From IMG/VR virus record IMGVR_UViG_3300019776_000324, positions 186,001-250,000 of that record: a stretch of DNA of 64,000 bases, one strand, 5' to 3'. Positions 60,376-64,000 of this stretch are shown in pieces. Each line of letters starts with the position of its first letter. Position 1 is the stretch's first letter. The notes under the pieces were generated by a model, which made no database searches, was not told where the DNA came from, and saw only the letters and a program-made list of their open reading frames with translations. A program made the translations under genes and the position numbers.

Positions 60376-60437
60376 GTTGACCAAATATTCGCATTTTGTT
60401 ATAATAGTAGTATGAATAACAAATGTGAGTTCGTATA

Positions 60438-60833
60438 ATGGCATTCCATCTTGAAGGACCCTGGTTAAGCACAACTGGACGCAAGAAAGGCCCACGCAAA
60501 TGGGCTAGTTCTGAAGCCAAGCGTTTAGCACAAAAGCGACAAGCTGACTGGGATCGCAAGCTCGTTGAGTTTGACAAGATGGCGCCTAAATTTAGTACAG
60601 GACCATATAATGCACCTAAAAAATCTATCACAGACTTTATCCCAAAAACGCCACCAGGTCGTGAAACGGCTCAAATACCTAGCCAAGATACTGGTTGGGT
60701 TACCTGCGTAAAGCCCACAGATAACGAATACACAGGCACTAAAATCAAAGGCATTGGTACTATGCACAAGTCCAATGCCGTGCCTGTATTCTCTGATGAA
60801 GAGGCAATTGAGATAAGTAAAATGCGTAGATAA
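60438..60833 (+). CDS. Conserved-looking phage hypothetical protein
   Basis: YTGTKIKGIGTMHKSNAVPVFS..EAIEISKMRR; early promoter at 60377. Confidence 0.65.
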   Translation: MAFHLEGPWLSTTGRKKGPRKWASSEAKRLAQKRQADWDRKLVEFDKMAPKFSTGPYNAPKKSITDFIPKTPPGRETAQIPSQDTGWVTCVKPTDNEYTGTKIKGIGTMHKSNAVPVFSDEEAIEISKMRR

Positions 60834-60859
60834 TGAAAGGATAGTCGCAAACAAAATAC

Positions 60860-61078
60860 ATGAGTAAAGATGATTTTATTAAAATGGAAGGTGTAATTAC
60901 CGAAGTATTGCGTAATACACAATATCGAGTTCAGCTCGAAAACTTTGAAAAACCTGTGCTTGCTAGTCTAAGTGGGCGCATGAGACAAAACAATATTAAA
61001 GTGCTTGCAGGAGATACAGTAGAGCTAGAATTTAGCCCGTACGATCTTAACCGCGGGCGTATCACAAGACGCAGATAA
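60860..61078 (+). CDS. infA: Translation initiation factor IF-1
   Basis: MSKDDFIKMEGVITEVL...SGRMRQNNIKVLAGD.V..EFSPYDLNRGRI. Confidence 0.95.
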   Translation: MSKDDFIKMEGVITEVLRNTQYRVQLENFEKPVLASLSGRMRQNNIKVLAGDTVELEFSPYDLNRGRITRRR

Positions 61079-62083
61079 ATGATAGAAGATAAGCATGGGC
61101 TAGCTCATGCGATTCCTATTCAATCGGGCACTATTGCCCTGCGTATTAAAGTTGAAGATTTTGGACAACACAGTCTTTTACCGTTCTTAAATTTGTTTGG
61201 CAAATTGTACATTGGAAACATTAACCAAGAATACTTTGCCCAACTGTTCACTCCTAAACGACGCCGATTCCTACAAGATTTAAACTCTGCTACAACCAAT
61301 AGAGATTTAGAATTTCAATTAAGCATGGCAAGACTAGCACTGACCACTGAGTGGAAGTGGCCAGCCTTTGTTAACATGATATATTCAGATGGCGAACTCG
61401 AGTGGGCCACAGGCGGCAGTAGAATACTTGCCAGTGGATTAAGCAAGCCCAATCCGGAACAAACTATATCAGTATTATTATTTGATCAAACTAAAACAGC
61501 AGTTGATCAGTGGTTGGTTGATCCAGTGGAAATTACTACAGATCAACAGTTACATCAAGTTCTTAATTTAACTTATACACAAATGCAAAGCCCAACTATA
61601 CAATTATCATCAGTGTTAAAACAAGTTGGCGATCATACTAGATTATTTTTGCATGGCATTATTGACGAAGAACTACAAGGATATCAAAACTCCAACGAAT
61701 CAACTGAATTAAAATTGCTGGATAATCTAAGGCAGTGGCAAACAAATAACCCTAGGCCGCAAATAGAAATTTATACAAATTGGCCCGAGCTAATAAGCGA
61801 TAGTTTAGGCGTATGGGATTGCCGTATTGTAGGGCCTATTCCTCAAGTGAGTAGTCCTGATTTCAAGCCAGGACACTTGGAACGCTTGGCCAAGATGAAC
61901 GCAGAAAACAACAAGGCCAAACATATATTGTATGTTAGGAATCCTAGACCCATTGATTTGTCAGAGTTTTTGGTTTGGATAGATAACAAACACACTGCCT
62001 TTATTGAAGCAAACTGGGACTTTTTATTGTATCAAAGCACACTGGAATACCAGTCAAGAATGATTGGTTTCAGTACCATTTAA
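61079..62083 (+). CDS. Hypothetical protein
   Basis: 334-aa ORF, no recognisable motif. Confidence 0.6.
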   Translation: MIEDKHGLAHAIPIQSGTIALRIKVEDFGQHSLLPFLNLFGKLYIGNINQEYFAQLFTPKRRRFLQDLNSATTNRDLEFQLSMARLALTTEWKWPAFVNMIYSDGELEWATGGSRILASGLSKPNPEQTISVLLFDQTKTAVDQWLVDPVEITTDQQLHQVLNLTYTQMQSPTIQLSSVLKQVGDHTRLFLHGIIDEELQGYQNSNESTELKLLDNLRQWQTNNPRPQIEIYTNWPELISDSLGVWDCRIVGPIPQVSSPDFKPGHLERLAKMNAENNKAKHILYVRNPRPIDLSEFLVWIDNKHTAFIEANWDFLLYQSTLEYQSRMIGFSTI

Positions 62084-62096
62084 AATAAATATTAAT

Positions 62097-62639
62097 ATGC
62101 GTAACGAAATCAACTTAATTGAAGCAAGCACCCGTCCAGCTAAACTGGAAACTACTCCACTGCCATATGCAGAAAAGGCCTTAGATCCTGTAATGAGCAA
62201 AGAGACCATAGAATATCACTATGAACATCTTGCAAAAGGCTACGCAAAACGCTATAATAGTGGTGAAGGCAATGCAGACTTTAACCGTGCTGGTAGCTTT
62301 TTACACAATAAATTTTTCCCACAACTACAACCGCCCAAAGGCGCAAACCGTCCCAAAGGAGCAGTACTTGAACTCATTGAAACAAACTTCAAAACATACG
62401 AAGACTTTAAAGATGAATTTAAAAAAGTGGCCATGGCTGTGCAGGGATCGGGCTGGGTATACCTTAGCACATCGGGCACGATTAAAACCATTCCAAACCA
62501 TCAGGTTAGAACAGATATCTGTTTACTCGTTGATTGGTGGGAGCATGCTTGGGCACTAGATTATCAATGGGACAAAGAAAAGTACCTGGATAATATTTGG
62601 AAAATTATTAATTGGAATGTTTGTAGCGAAAGATTATGA
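62097..62639 (+). CDS. Fe/Mn superoxide dismutase (compact)
   Basis: LPY...[31 protein letters not shown]; all four metal ligands present. Confidence 0.9.
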   Translation: MRNEINLIEASTRPAKLETTPLPYAEKALDPVMSKETIEYHYEHLAKGYAKRYNSGEGNADFNRAGSFLHNKFFPQLQPPKGANRPKGAVLELIETNFKTYEDFKDEFKKVAMAVQGSGWVYLSTSGTIKTIPNHQVRTDICLLVDWWEHAWALDYQWDKEKYLDNIWKIINWNVCSERL

Positions 62640-62962
62640 TAACAGTAACCGAACAAGCAGTAGCTAAAATCAAGGATATTTTAGCAGAAGAAAACAACCC
62701 AGATCTCAAACTCCGTGTATTTGTACAGGGAGGCGGATGTTCAGGCATGAGCTATGGCTTTACCTTGGACGATGCCCAGGCAGAAGATGACTGGGATTTA
62801 GAAGTTTCTGGCATAAAAGTGCTGGTTGACAGCATGTCGGGTGGCTACCTACAAGGTGCTACAGTTGACTACAAAGAAAGTGATTACGGTAGCAGTTTTA
62901 CCATTGATAATCCACAAGCAACTACAACCTGTGGTTGCGGTTCCAGCTTTAGTCCTTACTAA
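62636..62962 (+). CDS. erpA: A-type Fe-S carrier ErpA/IscA
   Basis: [38 protein letters not shown]. Confidence 0.9.
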   Translation: MITVTEQAVAKIKDILAEENNPDLKLRVFVQGGGCSGMSYGFTLDDAQAEDDWDLEVSGIKVLVDSMSGGYLQGATVDYKESDYGSSFTIDNPQATTTCGCGSSFSPY

Positions 62963-62981
62963 AATACCCAAAACACCTTAA

Positions 62982-63017
62982 ATCTAGTTTCTGCTAAATA
63001 CAGCAGAGGAACTAGAT
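62982..63017 (+). promoter_or_regulatory. Late promoter TAAATA within an RBS-sequestering hairpin
   Basis: ATCTAGTT-TCTGCT/aaatac/AGCAGA-gg-AACTAGAT; SD GAGGA lies in the 3' arm. Confidence 0.7.
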
Positions 63018-63019
63018 CT

Positions 63020-64000
63020 ATGGCTCAACAAATTATCAATATTGGCGCGGCTCCGAACGACGGGCAAGGTACCCCTTTACGGACAAGTTTTGAATATTGT
63101 GATGAAAATTTTACAGAATTATACGCTAGAGCACAAACAGAACCACCACCTACACTAGTAGGCAGCGCTGGCGATGTGCCCGGAATGTATGCATATAATA
63201 GTACATATTTTTACTATTGTTTTGGCACCTACAATGGCTCCAGTGTTATTTGGGCGCAGTTGACCAACACTGGTAATATTGCAGCCACACAAATTTCAAG
63301 TGGGACCAGCAGTGTTGCAATTGCTAGTCCCAACGCAAATGTTACTTTTACAGTCAACGGCACTAGTAATGTAATTGTAGTCAATTCATCTGGTGCTAAT
63401 CTTAATGGATACTTAAACGCTACAGGCAATATCACAGGCGGCAATGTTTCAACTGCTGGTAATGTTTCTGCTGGATACTTTGTTGGTAACGGTAGTTTAT
63501 TAACTGGATTACCAGCAACCTATGGCAATGCTCAAGTTGCTGCATACATGCCATTTTACACTGGCACCTTGTCTCCTATAGGAATATATACCAACAATTA
63601 TTATTATGCCAACGGCACTCCGGTTTCATTCAGTGGAAACGGTGGCGGATCATATGGCAATGCTCAAGTCGCTGATTACTTGCCAACATACACTGGCAAC
63701 CTTGGTGGGACATTAACCACCGTCAGTCAACCACACATTACTACAATTGGTACATTAACTGGACTTACTGTCACCGGACTAGGTGCTGTAGCATTAAACC
63801 CAACTGCAAATAATGTTTCAATTAGTCCAACCTTTGGTGGAACTGTAACTATTAATCCAGCAGGCATCGGATCAATAGATAATATGAACATTGGTGTTAC
63901 TACACCGGGCACCGGTAAGTTCAGCACATTATCTGCTACTGGTAATATTACTGGTGCATATTTTGTAGGTGACGGCAGTCAATTAACCAATTTGCCAGTT
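63020..64000 (+). CDS. Fibre/baseplate-associated structural protein, N-terminal part (runs off the window)
   Basis: MAQQIINIGAAPNDGQGTPLRTSF...NFTELY start; YGNAQVA.Y.P.YTG and GNITG repeats shared with 30138-35108. Confidence 0.8.
   Translation, partial: MAQQIINIGAAPNDGQGTPLRTSFEYCDENFTELYARAQTEPPPTLVGSAGDVPGMYAYNSTYFYYCFGTYNGSSVIWAQLTNTGNIAATQISSGTSSVAIASPNANVTFTVNGTSNVIVVNSSGANLNGYLNATGNITGGNVSTAGNVSAGYFVGNGSLLTGLPATYGNAQVAAYMPFYTGTLSPIGIYTNNYYYANGTPVSFSGNGGGSYGNAQVADYLPTYTGNLGGTLTTVSQPHITTIGTLTGLTVTGLGAVALNPTANNVSISPTFGGTVTINPAGIGSIDNMNIGVTTPGTGKFSTLSATGNITGAYFVGDGSQLTNLPV

Noticed and set aside
1-64000. Alternative genetic code (stop-codon reassignment), as in some large phages
   Set aside because: Recognisable proteins are full length in the standard code, and TAA, TAG and TGA all terminate genes
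1-64000. Bacterial chromosome origin, suggested by groEL, clpP, infA, ahpCD, sod and erpA
   Set aside because: These genes are isolated from their normal operons and interspersed with fibre genes, T4-like late motifs and orphan early ORFs
1-64000. tRNA genes, integrase, transposase, reverse transcriptase or DGR
   Set aside because: No cloverleaf with a GTTCRA T-loop, and no recombinase, transposase or RT motifs were seen by eye; tRNAscan-SE/HMM searches would be needed to exclude them fully

Overview
This window is a gene-dense, AT-rich segment of a large (jumbo, T4-like/myovirus-type) bacteriophage genome using the standard genetic code. The host is inferred to be a Gram-negative, probably betaproteobacterial, aquatic bacterium, from the character of GroEL, IF-1, AhpC/AhpD and ErpA. 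Evidence for phage origin: giant Gly/Asn/Thr-rich fibre proteins with a T4 baseplate-like N-terminal motif, a dispersed family of strong sigma70 'early' promoters in front of tiny orphan ORFs, T4-like late TA(A/G)ATA-type promoters, and isolated host-like genes. The host-like genes cover proteostasis (groEL end, hsp20, clpS, clpP), oxidative stress (ahpC, ahpD, SOD, erpA), UV repair (uvsE), infA, an alarmone-hydrolase-like HD protein, a desaturase, an amidinotransferase, two radical SAM enzymes, two SleB-like hydrolases and several glycan-modifying enzymes. The most striking items are: (1) a late-expressed trans-envelope locus, csgF-csgG-curlin-like-FecR-CHASE2 adenylate cyclase, flanked by a stand-alone copy of the cyclase C-terminal region, a metallophosphoesterase and a PagP-like barrel; (2) one conserved leader RNA (identical 16-mer hairpin plus a ROSE-like anti-SD) in front of both hsp20 and a phasin-like gene, whose promoter carries a PhaR-like box; (3) an unannotated structured RNA followed by HNH, PD-(D/E)xK-like, amino-methyltransferase and ABC-ATPase-GNAT genes; (4) late promoters that either sit in RBS-sequestering hairpins or make apparently leaderless mRNAs; (5) promoter/terminator cassettes fused to the stop codons of upstream genes. 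All calls are by eye from motifs; no database searches were run.
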